DNA of 63,444 nt, filler included, from Octopus bimaculoides (taxonomy: Eukaryota), in the NCBI RefSeq assembly GCF_001194135.2. It is 6 parts of 4 records of this genome, joined end to end, with 100 filler letters (N's around TTAATTAATTAA, not from the genome) between each part and the next. Parts side by side here need not be neighbours in the genome. Positions count along the whole stretch, not along the records: positions 36,490 to 60,702 come from NC_068993.1; positions 60,803 to 63,444 come from NC_068986.1; 4 more parts are not named here. One strand, given 5' to 3'. Below are positions 51,652-63,444 of this stretch, piece after piece. How positions within the stretch are numbered: position 1 is the stretch's first letter; the number at the start of each line of letters is the position of its first letter. The position numbers and the translations under genes were made by a program. Below the pieces are notes generated by a model. That model saw nothing but the letters and a program-made list of their open reading frames with translations, was not told the DNA's origin and searched no databases.

Positions 51652-51815
51652 TGTAGTGTCGACGCCCCAGGCGAAGAAGTAGGATCTCCCAAGACATATA
51701 AATAGAGGTAGTCTGGCCGTGGTAGGAATGTTGAGTAGCAGTGGAGTAGCAGTTGTGTAGCGGTTGAGTAGAGATCATCCGAAGGCGCTAGATAGCAGTA
51801 GCTTGAGACATAACA
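51652..51815 (+). mobile_element. Short solo LTR (164 bp) inside a SINE relic
   Basis: TGT...ACA ends with 7/9 terminal inverted match (TGTAGTGTC / GACATAACA), perfect 5-bp TSD CATAG (51647-51 and 51816-20), internal TATAAATAG. It splits a minus-strand SINE-A relic at ~51575-51880. Strand inferred from the TATA-like box only. Confidence 0.75.
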
Positions 51816-52444
51816 CATAGTAAGACGAAACACGAAAGCACGCATTCACTAAACGAAGTTGTTAACCATACAGCCATTGCTAAGCCCAGATAACAATATC
51901 TCGAAGATATTTTCTCTGTGGTTTCTGATAATATTTGAGATACAAATTAAGTTTTCTATCTATTGTGTGCTTTATAAGTGTATATCTCTTTGTAATTTTT
52001 CAGTGTATGGCCTTCTGAAAGTTTTTGTCTTTGTTGTATTTATTTATGTTTTCTTTCTTTAGTTGTCGCCATTTATATTGATTGGATATTTGTTGTTTTA
52101 ACAAATCTAATTTGATGTCTGTTATTGTTTTAGATTTTAAGATATATTGTCTTATATTCTGTAATCTATTTTACAATGAAATCAACCATCTCCTATCTAT
52201 ATTCATATTTGTTTCAGTATAGATGTTATTTTTGTTTCTACAAGCATATACGTGTTGAGGCTATAGAGTTGTCAGTGTTGTTGTTGTTGTTGTACATCAT
52301 CAGTGAAAAATGAAACTATGTTCCTCTTTTGTCCATTAATGATCTTTTCTTTGTGTTTGGGGACGTAATTGTGTGTGTCCCGGATTATCATCATCATCAT
52401 TGTTATCACCATCATCAACATCATCATCATCAACAAAAACAACA

Positions 52445-52630
52445 CGCCACACAAAATGATTAGCAGCATTTCGTCCGACATTATGTTCAGAGCTCAAATT
52501 TTGCCGTGGTCGGCTTTGCCTTTTATCTTTCCGAGTTCGATGATAAAAGTGCTAGCTGATCGCTAGGATCAATGTAACCCACTTGATCCTCCCCCAAAAT
52601 TTCAGGTCACGTGCTTATATTAAAAAATGA
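52445..52630 (+). mobile_element. SINE family B copy
   Basis: ttagcagcatttcgtccgacattatgttcagagctcaaattttgccgtggtcggctttgcc. Confidence 0.75.
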
Positions 52631-52719
52631 ATATTATTGGGTCAACTTTTCTTTATACGCTGTAATAGCCGACGCTGAATAAAATATTATCGACAAACGC
52701 TGGCCCACTCAAAATGGCT

Positions 52720-54700
52720 GGCAACGCCGAATTATTAATGACATTTCTACTTCTGTTGATGCCCGAACGTTGCAGGTGGCATTACACTTTTGAGGAGTGG
52801 CTCTTAATGTTCTAATGATAAGTGGAAATAGGTTTACTTTTGCTGATAAGGTTCTCTATATTTTCGATATTTCTACATTTAATTCAGCCTATTTCGAAAT
52901 CTTTATTTGCAATGGTTTTGTTTAACGAAATTTACAAAGTCTGTTATGAAGCATTCTCTTTTTTATCTCATGCACAATGATATCAGGCAGATGGCGTTCA
53001 ATTATTTTGGTTGTGTGAAAGCTACATCTCCATAGAATACTTGCTCTACCAGGTTGATATAGAGCAGGGGTGTCAAACTCAATCGCACAGGGGGCCAAAA
53101 CTAGGTCGCGGGCTGAACAGGATAGACATTTATGGACCAGACTTAAACCTTTTGAACGTGAACACATGGTAGATAATTTTATTCCAAATCTAAATTAACT
53201 TTAACTTAAATTACTTAAAATATTTTGCTCTGCATAAAAATATCTCCTGTTAACATTATATACATTTTAAATAAGAGCACGTTGCAAAAACAAGACAATA
53301 TAGATTAAAAATGCGCATTTTAGTGAAAATTAAAATAATAGATCAGAACCTTGAACCTTCTTTATGCAATTTTTTCCTCGCATCTTTTCTTGGCAATGAG
53401 TTCATTGATATTTGGGGTAAGGTTCTGTTTTATTGGGATTGTCAGGACGGAGTGCAGGTGTCCATCTGTGAGACGACTCCTATGTGACGACGTTTTATTC
53501 ATCTTCATGAATGGTAATTTCCTGCAAGCGAGTCCCGTTTCCAATTTCATTCAGTGTTTTAGGTAGTATCATGGTTGTTGCGCCAACTGCACCAATTACC
53601 ACAGGAATAACAGTTGTCTATATTTATTTCGGCTCCGTACTAAGATTTCGATATTTCTCAATGTTTTGAATCTCTTTAGTTCTAACATTGTTATCATATG
53701 ATTTTCGAAGTTTATGGTCTTACACTGTTTGTTTATCTTGTCCGCTATAATCATATCTGGTCTTCTTGCTTCAATAATGGCCAGTCATTATGGGGAAGTT
53801 CCATAGTTTCTACAATTCTCATTCTTGGTCACGACCTCTTGTTCATGTTCATACCACTTTCCTGTAAACCGATGCCACACACAGATAACATACACACACT
53901 TTTTTACCTATACAGTTATAATTCATATTTTTGTCTCCGCTCCAGCAAATACTGCATTTGCTGCCTGCCTGAGTCTTGTCGATCTTTGCTTTTATTCGAT
54001 TCGTCCTATTGGCTTGCTCTTGAGAGGATACGATTAGAGCTTCGGTCTCTCATATCAGGTTTCCGTCAATCAGGCAGCCGTTCTTTATTAATGTCTCAGT
54101 AATTTTCAGAGTATTTAGAGCTGTTGATAGTATTCAGTCTTCACTCCGCAAAACATAATTTTCAACCCCCAAATCGGGGTACAAACAGTGTCCTCTACGT
54201 TTAGTAATACCCTGCTGCCTTCCTTCCTTGGTAGGTAGAAACTGTCGGTATTACATTTAGGGTGATGTACGTTATGCATTATGAGCAGATTTCTAGTTAT
54301 TGTATCCAAGTTCTATATCTCTACACTTGTCCATTGCAGAAAGGGAACAGAGTATGTTAATACTGGTATAACCTATTCATTGCTTTAATGATATTACCTC
54401 AATTTAATTCTGTAACGAAGACATTCGTAATTCTCCTCCTGCACTATTTAAACATTTTCTCTCATTTCTCCTGCTATCATTCTATGAGTCTTGATATTTG
54501 TACCTCCCCATATTCCGCAACAATCTTCTGATCAGTTTATGCCATCCGAGTACATATTCTGGTCTATCTGCCCACTTATTTACCCCAAGCTGCTTTACAA
54601 TATCCTTGCTGAATACTCTTGGTTTGGATCAGAGAATCGAAGTCTGCGTATTTTTGTATATATATATATATATATTAAGACCATCCATATCAACCAGATT
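52720..54700 (-). mobile_element. Decayed R4/Dong-like LINE (RT and RLE remnants)
   Basis: HHPKCNTDSFYLPRKEGSRVLLNVED (54115-54309; an HPKADVDRLYLPRKEGGRGL-like motif) and IERHLPDIIVH (52922-53167). Confidence 0.75.
53065..53345 (+). mobile_element. hAT (Charlie-type) left end, truncated, inserted in a LINE relic
   Basis: Starts CAGGGGTGTCAAAC after ATATAGAG. No right TIR found. Confidence 0.6.
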
Positions 54701-54798
54701 ATTTATTTTAACCTTGGTTATGGTAGGCAAGCTTGGAATTTCGCAGCGTTCTTGTTGGAATTTCGCATTATTCTTATCAGACGTATTAATGTAATCTC

Positions 54799-54799
<1 letters not shown>

Positions 54800-54860
<61 letters not shown>

Positions 54861-54885
54861 CAGCACCAGCAGCACCAGCAGCAGC

Positions 54886-54918
<33 letters not shown>

Positions 54919-54940
54919 TGTTGTTGTTGTTGTTGTTGTA
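54800..54940. repeat. Compound (GTA)n-(GCA/CCA)-(GTA)n-(GTT)n microsatellite
   Basis: Directly visible; source of the spurious poly-V/poly-T ORFs. Confidence 0.95.
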
Positions 54941-56544
54941 AGTTCAATTATTTTGGTTTTTGTATCTTTCTGTGTCAATCACTCTACTTTCAACATGGTC
55001 GCATTAAACACTTTCTGAAGCTTGTTAGTCAATACTTGGAACGCGTATCTTCTCTGCCGCTTTTCTTATAACATGGATATTGTAGAATATGCATCCCCAA
55101 ATTTTGAATATAATTGTAACAAAGTTGAATGTTTCATAGACTGGAAACATTGCCAATATTATAGGATCCGATAGATAATTAGACTGTGCGAGTAAATACA
55201 ATAAAATAGTTTACAAAACGACAGTTTTATTGTATACTGAAATATGGCCATTTCTCATTGACTGAGAAATATAGAGAAACATCTAGTTTTTATTCTTAAG
55301 AACTAGACAATGATGTTTCGTAGCACAATCAACGCACACACTCTCGTACACAAGCACACACGTTCATATATATAATTGTGTGTTGTTTGTGTGTATGTGA
55401 ATGATGTGTGTGTGTGTGTGTGTGTGTNNNNNNNNNNNNNNNNNNNNNNNNNNNNNNNNNNNNNNNNNNNNNNNNNNNNNNNNNNNNNNNNNNNNNNNNN
55501 NNNNNNNNNNNNNNNNNNNNNNNNNNNNNNNNNNNNNNNNNNNNNNNNNNNNNNNNNNNNNNNNNNNNNNNNNNNNNNNNNNNNNNNNNNNNNNNNNNNN
55601 NNNNNNNNNNNNNNNNNNNNNNNNNNNNNNNNNNNNNNNNNNNNNNNNNNNNNNNNNNNNNNNNNNNNNNNNNNNNNNNNNNNNNNNNNNNNNNNNNNNN
55701 NNNNNNNNNNNNNNNNNNNNNNNNNNNNNNNNNNNNNNNNNNNNNNNNNNNNNNNNNNNNNNNNNNNNNNNNNNNNNNNNTACACGTATATATACATATA
55801 TATATATACATATATATACATACATGTGTGTGTATGTATTCAGAATATAGATAGATAGATAAATATGTACAGAGAAAGGAAAAGTGAGAGAGGTACACAT
55901 CTAGATGCACATATACACAGTATACAAAAGTAAGTATTAAATACTAGACACTGAATATATATGTATATATATATGATGTAGTATCCAGTATTTTAGCTTC
56001 GATTTACTCAGATGTAGCTCTTTGGTTTCTTACCCCGCCATAGCAACGCTTGTTCGTTTATCCCAGGTGATTTATATACACTGACGTTCAGAGTCTGATA
56101 CAACGATGTGCTACAACGCCTCCCTAGATCCACATACAAACACACACAACCGTGCACGGTCATACACAAGCCCCAAACACACACACATATGCATGTGTAT
56201 CTTTGGACCAGTTCCAATTATCGATGACATTCAGAAGAATATAAACATTTTCATCCAATTCCCAATGTTCTTTACGGTTGACATCACAAAATGTCATTAC
56301 AATTCATAGGTCGGAGAAATAGTAAAATGTGTTTTGAATGGTCTGTATTTAGTTGCCAACTCTGACGTACCAACTTTTAGCCACGTCACAGCTGATCCTG
56401 ACTTCCACACGAAAACATTCTTTTACTGAAGTATATAAAACTGTTGTAGTAACACCTTATCATTGGTTTTAAAATATAATATAATATCATATTAAGAAAA
56501 AATATATGACAAAGGAATAAAAAGTTATCGTATGAATTTTATTT

Positions 56545-56625
56545 AGCTTACAGATGTTTCTGCTACGAGATTCGGTGAACTCGTAACTGAGTGCCAGAGT
56601 AACATATTATAGTTTCCTCAGAGCC
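56545..56625 (-). ncRNA. Variant type I hammerhead motif with long stem II, unit 1 of tandem repeat
   Basis: Reverse complement: ggct-CTGAGGA-aa-ctataatat...atctcgtag-ca-GAAAC-ATCT-GTA-agct. Same architecture as 57393-57473, with the core retained despite flank divergence. Confidence 0.65.
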
Positions 56626-56805
56626 TCAAACATAAAGTGCAATGAAATTCATAAAATAATCGTTTATTACTTTGTCATCTCTTTTTTCTTATCACCGCTC
56701 TGTACTCGACTAACGCTTCGTTCAGAACCATATGTATATTGAGTTCAACGCCTGTTTATTAACATCGCAATGCCTAGGCGAGATATCAAAACATAATATA
56801 TTATA

Positions 56806-57073
56806 AAGTTAAAGAAGTGATTTTAAATTCTCAATCACAGGATAATGCTAATAATATAGCCTGAACAGGATAAGCTAACCCTATTTTGCAGAAAAGCTAA
56901 CAACCTACACTTTTTTCTGCAAATTAGGGGTAGTTTATCCAGCCCAGGCTATATTATTATCATGATCCTGCGATTGAGATTTTAAAATCACTTCTTTAAC
57001 TTTCTAAAAGACATCTCAACGCTTCTAAAAACAAACTTCGTTTGTCTGTTTACGTTTGTCGTAATTTGAATTT
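56806..57073. mobile_element. Foldback insertion (~90-bp arms) with 13-bp flanking direct repeat
   Basis: Arms ~56805-56895 and ~56913-57003, about 10 mismatches by eye. ATAATATATTATA at 56793-56805 and 57074-57086. Absent from the second tandem unit. Confidence 0.65.
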
Positions 57074-57392
57074 ATAATATATTATATTTTATCTCTTCCC
57101 TGCTAATTTGAAGTTTCTTTATACTGGTTGCCCCTACATTATGTATTCAATGCTAATTAATCTTTCGTGTTTATATTTCCTGCTTTGATTGGCCAACGAT
57201 AATATTTCTAGGTCGGTGATACTCTTGCTAAAGTTTGTGCATTTATGAATAACTCATTTCGTGTATTTTTCTTGTACGCAATAGATTTTCGATCGAAATA
57301 TTACTCACGAAACAATGTGCCACTAAATATAAAGCAAGTATTCCTCAGAAACCGCAATAAATACAACAAACTATTATCTTATGGAATTCATT

Positions 57393-57473
57393 AGCTGACA
57401 GCTGTTTCTGCTAAAAGATGTGGTGAAAACATAGATGAGTGCTTGAATAAAGCCTTGCAGTTTCATCAGAGCC
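57393..57473 (-). ncRNA. Variant type I hammerhead motif with long stem II, unit 2 of tandem repeat
   Basis: Reverse complement: ggct-CTGATGA-aa-ctgcaaggc...atcttttag-ca-GAAAC-AGCT-GTC-agct. Palindromic ACAGCTGT stem III, GUC triplet, 4-bp stem I. Confidence 0.7.
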
Positions 57474-58178
57474 TGAATCATGAAGTGCAATGCAGTTCAT
57501 AACATAATAGTTTATTCCTTTGTCATCGCTTTTTTTCTTATTACCTCTCTGTACTCGACTAACACTTCGTTCAAAAGTTTGCGTATATTGGGATCTACAC
57601 CAGGTTATTAGCATCACAATATCTAAGCGAGATATTAAACCGTAATATTATATTATATTTTCTTCTCGTCCTTTTAATTTTTCATCCCCTACTCATTCTT
57701 TTAAACTAGTCGCTCTTTTATTATGTGTTCACTGTTAATTAATACTCCGTGTTTATATTTCCTACTTTGATTGGCCAACGATAATATTTCAAGGCCGTTA
57801 AAACTTTTGGAAAAGTTTGGGTATTTATGTATAACTCATTTCATGTATTTTTATTTGTACGCAACAGATTTTCAATCTAAAAATTACTCTCGAAACAGTG
57901 TGCCATTAAATGTAAAACAACTATTCCTCAGACACCGATATAAATACAATGAGAACACTTTGGAGGTGTTTTAAGAGCTTTTTACCGATGGTAATATTTG
58001 GCAAGACTTTTAGTATTCGCATTTAGCATTGATGTCAATGCATTGGGCTGTCTGACATACCGGAAATTATGTTACATTAATATTTCCGGTACTAATGTAA
58101 GTTTAATTTGCTACATTTAACCTTTGTATGGTGGGGCTCATATGAAAGAATAGCAATATATACATACATATACATATG

Positions 58179-58210
<32 letters not shown>

Positions 58211-58365
58211 CGGGTGTGTACGTATAATATTATGAATATATATATGCGTATACGTATATTTATACACACACACCACAGACAGACAGACACACATATATAT
58301 ATATATGTATACTATACAAATACATATATGTATATACACGCACATATATTCAAATACATATATAT

Positions 58366-58428
<63 letters not shown>

Positions 58429-59115
58429 ACATGTATACATACATGTATACCTACACATATATATATATATACATACATACATGCTTACACACACATACAC
58501 ATACATATAAACACACACACATAGGCACATACACACATAATGCACAAATCCACGCAGGCAGATTGTCTCACTTGATTGCACTTCCATAGATTATTGTTTA
58601 ACATAACATGACAATGATTTTAACCAAAAATGCTTTCATCTTGACATCACTTCTCTATTATTACATACTTCGGGACTTCTAAGTATAAACAACAATGCTA
58701 ACACTAAACGCTTAATAATTATTTCGCTGTATTCATAGTTTATTTTTGTTATTACTTGTAAACACGGGATTAGCTTCATTGACATGCCAAAAACTTTTTA
58801 TTTATATTCGCGTTCTGAGGTCAACTTGCTTTTAATTTGTATAATATACTCTTTGATGCTGGCCTTAAAACAACATATATAATTTGCCTACACGTACATC
58901 CCTTTCGTTTCGCTGTACACAGATTTGGCTGGTATTGAGAAATTTTGCTAATAATTTTTATTGATCATCTGCAGCTGTTACAAACCCTATAGTTTTGCTC
59001 TTGCCATGCTTCGATATCCTCCTAAATACGAATCAGCTTTGCTGAAGCAAAATTCATGCAGCGCAAAAAAGGGATAAAAAGGAAAAAGAAACACTATATA
59101 TATATATATATTTAG

Positions 59116-59164
<49 letters not shown>

Positions 59165-59663
59165 TATACATATATATATATACATATATAAATATATATA
59201 TATTCACACACACATACACANNNNNNNNNNNNNNNNNNNNNNNNNNNNNNNNNNNNNNNNNNNNNNNNNNNNNNNNNNNNNNNNNNNNNNNNNNNNNNNN
59301 NNNNNNNNNNNNNNNNNNNNNNNNNNNNNNNNNNNNNNNNNNNNNNNNNNNNNNNNNNNNNNNNNNNNNNNNNNNNNNNNNNNNNNNNNNNNNNNNNNNN
59401 NNNNNNNNNNNNNNNNNNNNNNNNNNNNNNNNNNNNNNNNNNNNNNNNNNNNNNNNNNNNNNNNNNNNNNNNNNNNNNNNNNNNNNNNNNNNNNNNNNNN
59501 NNNNNNNNNNNNNNNNNNNNNNNNNNNNNNNNNNNNNNNNNNNNNNNNNNNNNNNNNNNNNNNNNNNNNNNNNNNNNNNNNNNNNNNNNNNNNNNNNNNN
59601 NNNNNNNNNNNNNNNNNNNNNNNNNNNNNNNNNNNNNNNTATATATATATTGATATATATATC

Positions 59664-59700
<37 letters not shown>

Positions 59701-59829
59701 ATGATATTTACATATATATACATACATACACGCATACATGCATACATATATGGATATATACATGCATATATATATAAATATTATATAGATGGATAGATAT
59801 ATAGACAGATAGATAGGTAGACAGACAGG

Positions 59830-59887
<58 letters not shown>

Positions 59888-60665
59888 TACTCCAATGCCA
59901 GCTCTCTGTTGTTAAGCTATTCATATATCTTTTAGTGATAGCTTATATTCAATTGCATTTAGTTTTCTTTCACCTGTTGTTTATATATTTATTTCCGATG
60001 CTGTTCTAATACCAGTTCTCATATCGCGAACAAAAAAAAATGAAGGAAATATTTATTTATATATTGTGTTTTTTCATTTACTTTATTCGGTTTTTTTTTT
60101 GGTTTTTTTTATATTTATTTATTTATTGCTCATAAACCATGCCACCTGATTTCACATTTTGTATAAAAGCCGATGGTTGTCGATTTAGGAGTAGAGCACT
60201 TTATACAGATTTCATCTAATTTTACAGAATTACTCACCCGCAAGCGGAAAATCTCCAAGAGTATGCCAGGGTATAATTTGAAATGATGTTGATTTCGATT
60301 ATTGTTGTTGACAGGTTTTGTTGCTTTTTGCTGCAGGCGGTGGTGGTGATGATGGTTGTTGTTGTTGCTGTGGTGGTAGTGGTGGTGGGGAAGGTCGTGG
60401 CAGCGGTGTGATACTGCTGCTGATCGCAGTGGTGGTGGTCGTGGTAGTGGTAGGGATGCGGGCTTCAGGCTTTAAGATGTGCGCTCTGTTAAAATAAACG
60501 TTAAGCTACGTACGTATGTTTACGTTTGCATTGATACATTTTAACACAAATGTGCATACATGCATACATACGCCCTATACACATATACACATGTGCTTGT
60601 GCAGATAGATATTTGACAGACACACATGTACGCACGCACAAACATTTATATATATGTACACATAT

Positions 60666-60702
<37 letters not shown>

Positions 60703-60802
60703 NNNNNNNNNNNNNNNNNNNNNNNNNNNNNNNNNNNNNNNNNNNNTTAATTAATTAANNNNNNNNNNNNNNNNNNNNNNNNNNNNNNNNNNNNNNNNNN
60801 NN

Positions 60803-60845
<43 letters not shown>

Positions 60846-61329
60846 ATATACGAATATGCATGTACATATACACACATACAAACACATATACGTATCGATT
60901 CAATCACATATAACGGATCTAATCATATACGCACAGTGCATTCTTCATATAATCCGTTCTATAATTAGCACTTCCTTTGCCCTACATATGATGTCTATAT
61001 TCACATTTTAAGTCGTCGTCGTTGTTATCATCATCATCACCATTATTGCTTTCTTCTCATGCATACCACCTTAGTATGCCATCTTATATTTCATTATTTA
61101 TGCAGTAAATTATTTATCCCTTCAAGCCTTTCTCACCCTGTATCTCCTCTAAGGCTTATTATTCGTTTTCTTTTTCATTTTCACCCAGGGCATATATTAA
61201 TTTAACATTGATATGACATACATATATAAATATGTATAGGTATATATATGTATTTATATATGTATATATATATATAAATATATATATACATATATAAATA
61301 TGTATGTATATTCATGTGTGTGTGTATAT

Positions 61330-61361
<32 letters not shown>

Positions 61362-62504
61362 NNNNNNNNNNNNNNNNNNNNNNNNNNNNNNNNNNNNNNN
61401 NNNNNNNNNNNNNNNNNNNNNNNNNNNNNNNNNNNNNNNNNNNNNNNNNNNNNNNNNNNNNNNNNNNNNNNNNNNNNNNNNNNNNNNNNNNNNNNNNNNN
61501 NNNNNNNNNNNNNNNNNNNNNNNNNNNNNNNNNNNNNNNNNNNNNNNNNNNNNNNNNNNNNNNNNNNNNNNNNNNNNNNNNNNNNNNNNNNNNNNNNNNN
61601 NNNNNNNNNNNNNNNNNNNNNNNNNNNNNNNNNNNNNNNNNNNNNNNNNNNNNNNNNNNNNNNNNNNNNNNNNNNNNNNNNNNNNNNNNNNNNNNNNNNN
61701 NNNNNNNNNNNNNNNNNNNNNNNNNNNNNNNNNNNNNNNNNNNNNNNNNNNNNNNNNNNNNNNNNNNNNNNNNNNNNNNNNNNNNNNNNNNNNNNNNNNN
61801 NNNNNNNNNNNNNNNNNNNNNNNNNNNNNNNNNNNNNNNNNNNNNNNNNNNNNNNNNNNNNNNNNNNNNNNNNNNNNNNNNNNNNNNNNNNNNNNNNNNN
61901 NNNNNNNNNNNNNNNNNNNNNNNNNNNNNNNNNNNNNNNNNNNNNNNNNNNNNNNNNNNNNNNNNNNNNNNNNNNNNNNNNNNNNNNNNNNNNNNNNNNN
62001 NNNNNNNNNNNNNNNNNNNNNNNNNNNNNNNNNNNNNNNNNNNNNNNNNNNNNNNNNNNNNNNNNNNNNNNNNNNNNNNNNNNNNNNNNNNNNNNNNNNN
62101 NNNNNNNNNNNNNNNNNNNNNNNNNNNNNNNNNNNNNNNNNNNNNNNNNNNNNNNNNNNNNNNNNNNNNNNNNNNNNNNNNNNNNNNNNNNNNNNNNNNN
62201 NNNNNNNNNNNNNNNNNNNNNNNNNNNNNNNNNNNNNNNNNNNNNNNNNNNNNNNNNNNNNNNNNNNNNNNNNNNNNNNCTTAGTATGCCATCTTATATT
62301 TCATTATTTATGCAGTAAATTATTTATCCCTTCAAGCCTTTCTCACCCTGTATCTCCTCTAAGGCTTATTATTCGTTTTCTTTTTCATTTTCACCCAGGG
62401 CATATATTAATTTAACATTGATATGACATACATATATAAATATGTATAGGTATATATATGTATTTATATATGTATATATATATATATGTGTATGTGTGTA
62501 TGTG

Positions 62505-62712
62505 TTTGTGTATCTGTGTTTGTCCCCCCCGACATCGCTTGACAACCGATGCTGGTGTGTTTATGTCCCCGTAACTTAGCGGTTCGGCAAAAGAGACCGA
62601 TAGAATAAGTACTAGGCTTCCAAAGAATAAGTCCTGGGGTCGATTTGCTCGACTAAAGGCGGTGCTCCAGCATGGCCACAGTCAAAAGATTGAAACAAGT
62701 AAAGGAGTAAAG
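62505..62712 (+). mobile_element. SINE family A 3' half
   Basis: catcgcttgacaaccgatgctggtgtg...gcggtgctccagcatggcc...gaaacaagtaaaggagt. Confidence 0.85.
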
Positions 62713-62865
62713 GAGACGCGCTTATGCATGCACATAATTTACACTTATTATGTGTGTGTGTGTGTGTGTGTATGTGTGTGTGTGTGTGTGTGTGTGTCTT
62801 TAATGTGAATGATTGATATGTTCGCTGAAATAACCTATTTAAATTTTATTAATATCTCTCCATTA

Positions 62866-62869
62866 TTTA

Positions 62870-62932
<63 letters not shown>

Positions 62933-62958
62933 TGTTATCATCATCATCATCATCAGCG

Positions 62959-62990
<32 letters not shown>

Positions 62991-63020
62991 GTCGTCGTCG
63001 TCGTCGTCGTCATCATTACC
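62866..63020. repeat. Compound (ATT)n-(CAT)n-(CGT)n microsatellite
   Basis: Directly visible. Confidence 0.95.
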
Positions 63021-63444
63021 ATCATCCTTATTGTTATGTCGTTCTTGTACATGATGTTGTTTCGGAATGACACTAAAGAGATTTTCATTATTCCTAACAG
63101 GGTGTTACGACTCAAAATCGTGACACTGAATATCAAGCCCACATTTCCAAAAATGTCATCATTTTCTGTCGAAATATCGTACATTAATTAAGACTTACTT
63201 TCAATCAAACAACTGACATCAGCAAATGCAATAACTACTGATAATGGAGATTTGATGTATATGCTACATATATAAATATATATAAATACACACACACTTT
63301 AAGACACATGAATATGTGTATATACGTAATGTATAGATGTGATACGCTATCACACGTATTCAAATACATTCATACCTACTTATATATGTACATATATGAC
63401 GTCAAGCGTATGTATGTATGTATGTATAACTGTATATATATATA

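Larger units (their letters stand above)
56540..57950 (-). repeat. Tandem duplication of a ~567-bp hammerhead-bearing unit; unit 1 interrupted by a 268-bp insertion
   Basis: 56540-56805 aligns with 57390-57655, and 57075-57365 aligns with 57655-57950. Shared blocks include ctgtactcgactaac and ctttgattggccaacgataatatttc. Confidence 0.85.

Noticed and set aside
61070-62485. Exact ~200-bp direct repeat (61070-61275 and 62280-62485)
   Set aside because: It flanks a large N gap; same assembly-overlap artefact.

Overview
AT-rich, repeat-dense animal genomic DNA, most likely from an octopus. This is inferred from the SINE families and microsatellite load as I recall them, not from a search. It is a gapped draft assembly in which five 100-nt artificial linkers (44 N + TTAATTAATTAA + 44 N) join contigs. 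The only host gene I can support is the 3' half of a SPAG1-like gene (TPR plus RPAP3_C domain) on the minus strand. It has 7 visible exons between 9618 and 17661 with canonical GT-AG sites and a continuous reading frame, and it is confined to one linker-bounded segment (9618-19085). The rest is decayed mobile DNA: three or more tRNA-derived SINE families, R4/Dong-like, RTE and Tx1/L1-like LINE fragments, two mariner relics, hAT-type MITEs and a 164-bp solo LTR. The most notable signal is a set of type I hammerhead-ribozyme motifs of the Penelope-like-element (PLE)/retrozyme kind in four or five unrelated sequence contexts. These are an intact one in a SPAG1 intron (16358-16402), a head-to-head inverted pair (38730-38930), a tandem 106-bp dimer (20420-20630), a tandem ~567-bp unit dimer with one hammerhead per unit (56545-57950), and a weak degenerate one (1614-1654). 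All alignments and folds were done by eye, and repeat boundaries are approximate.
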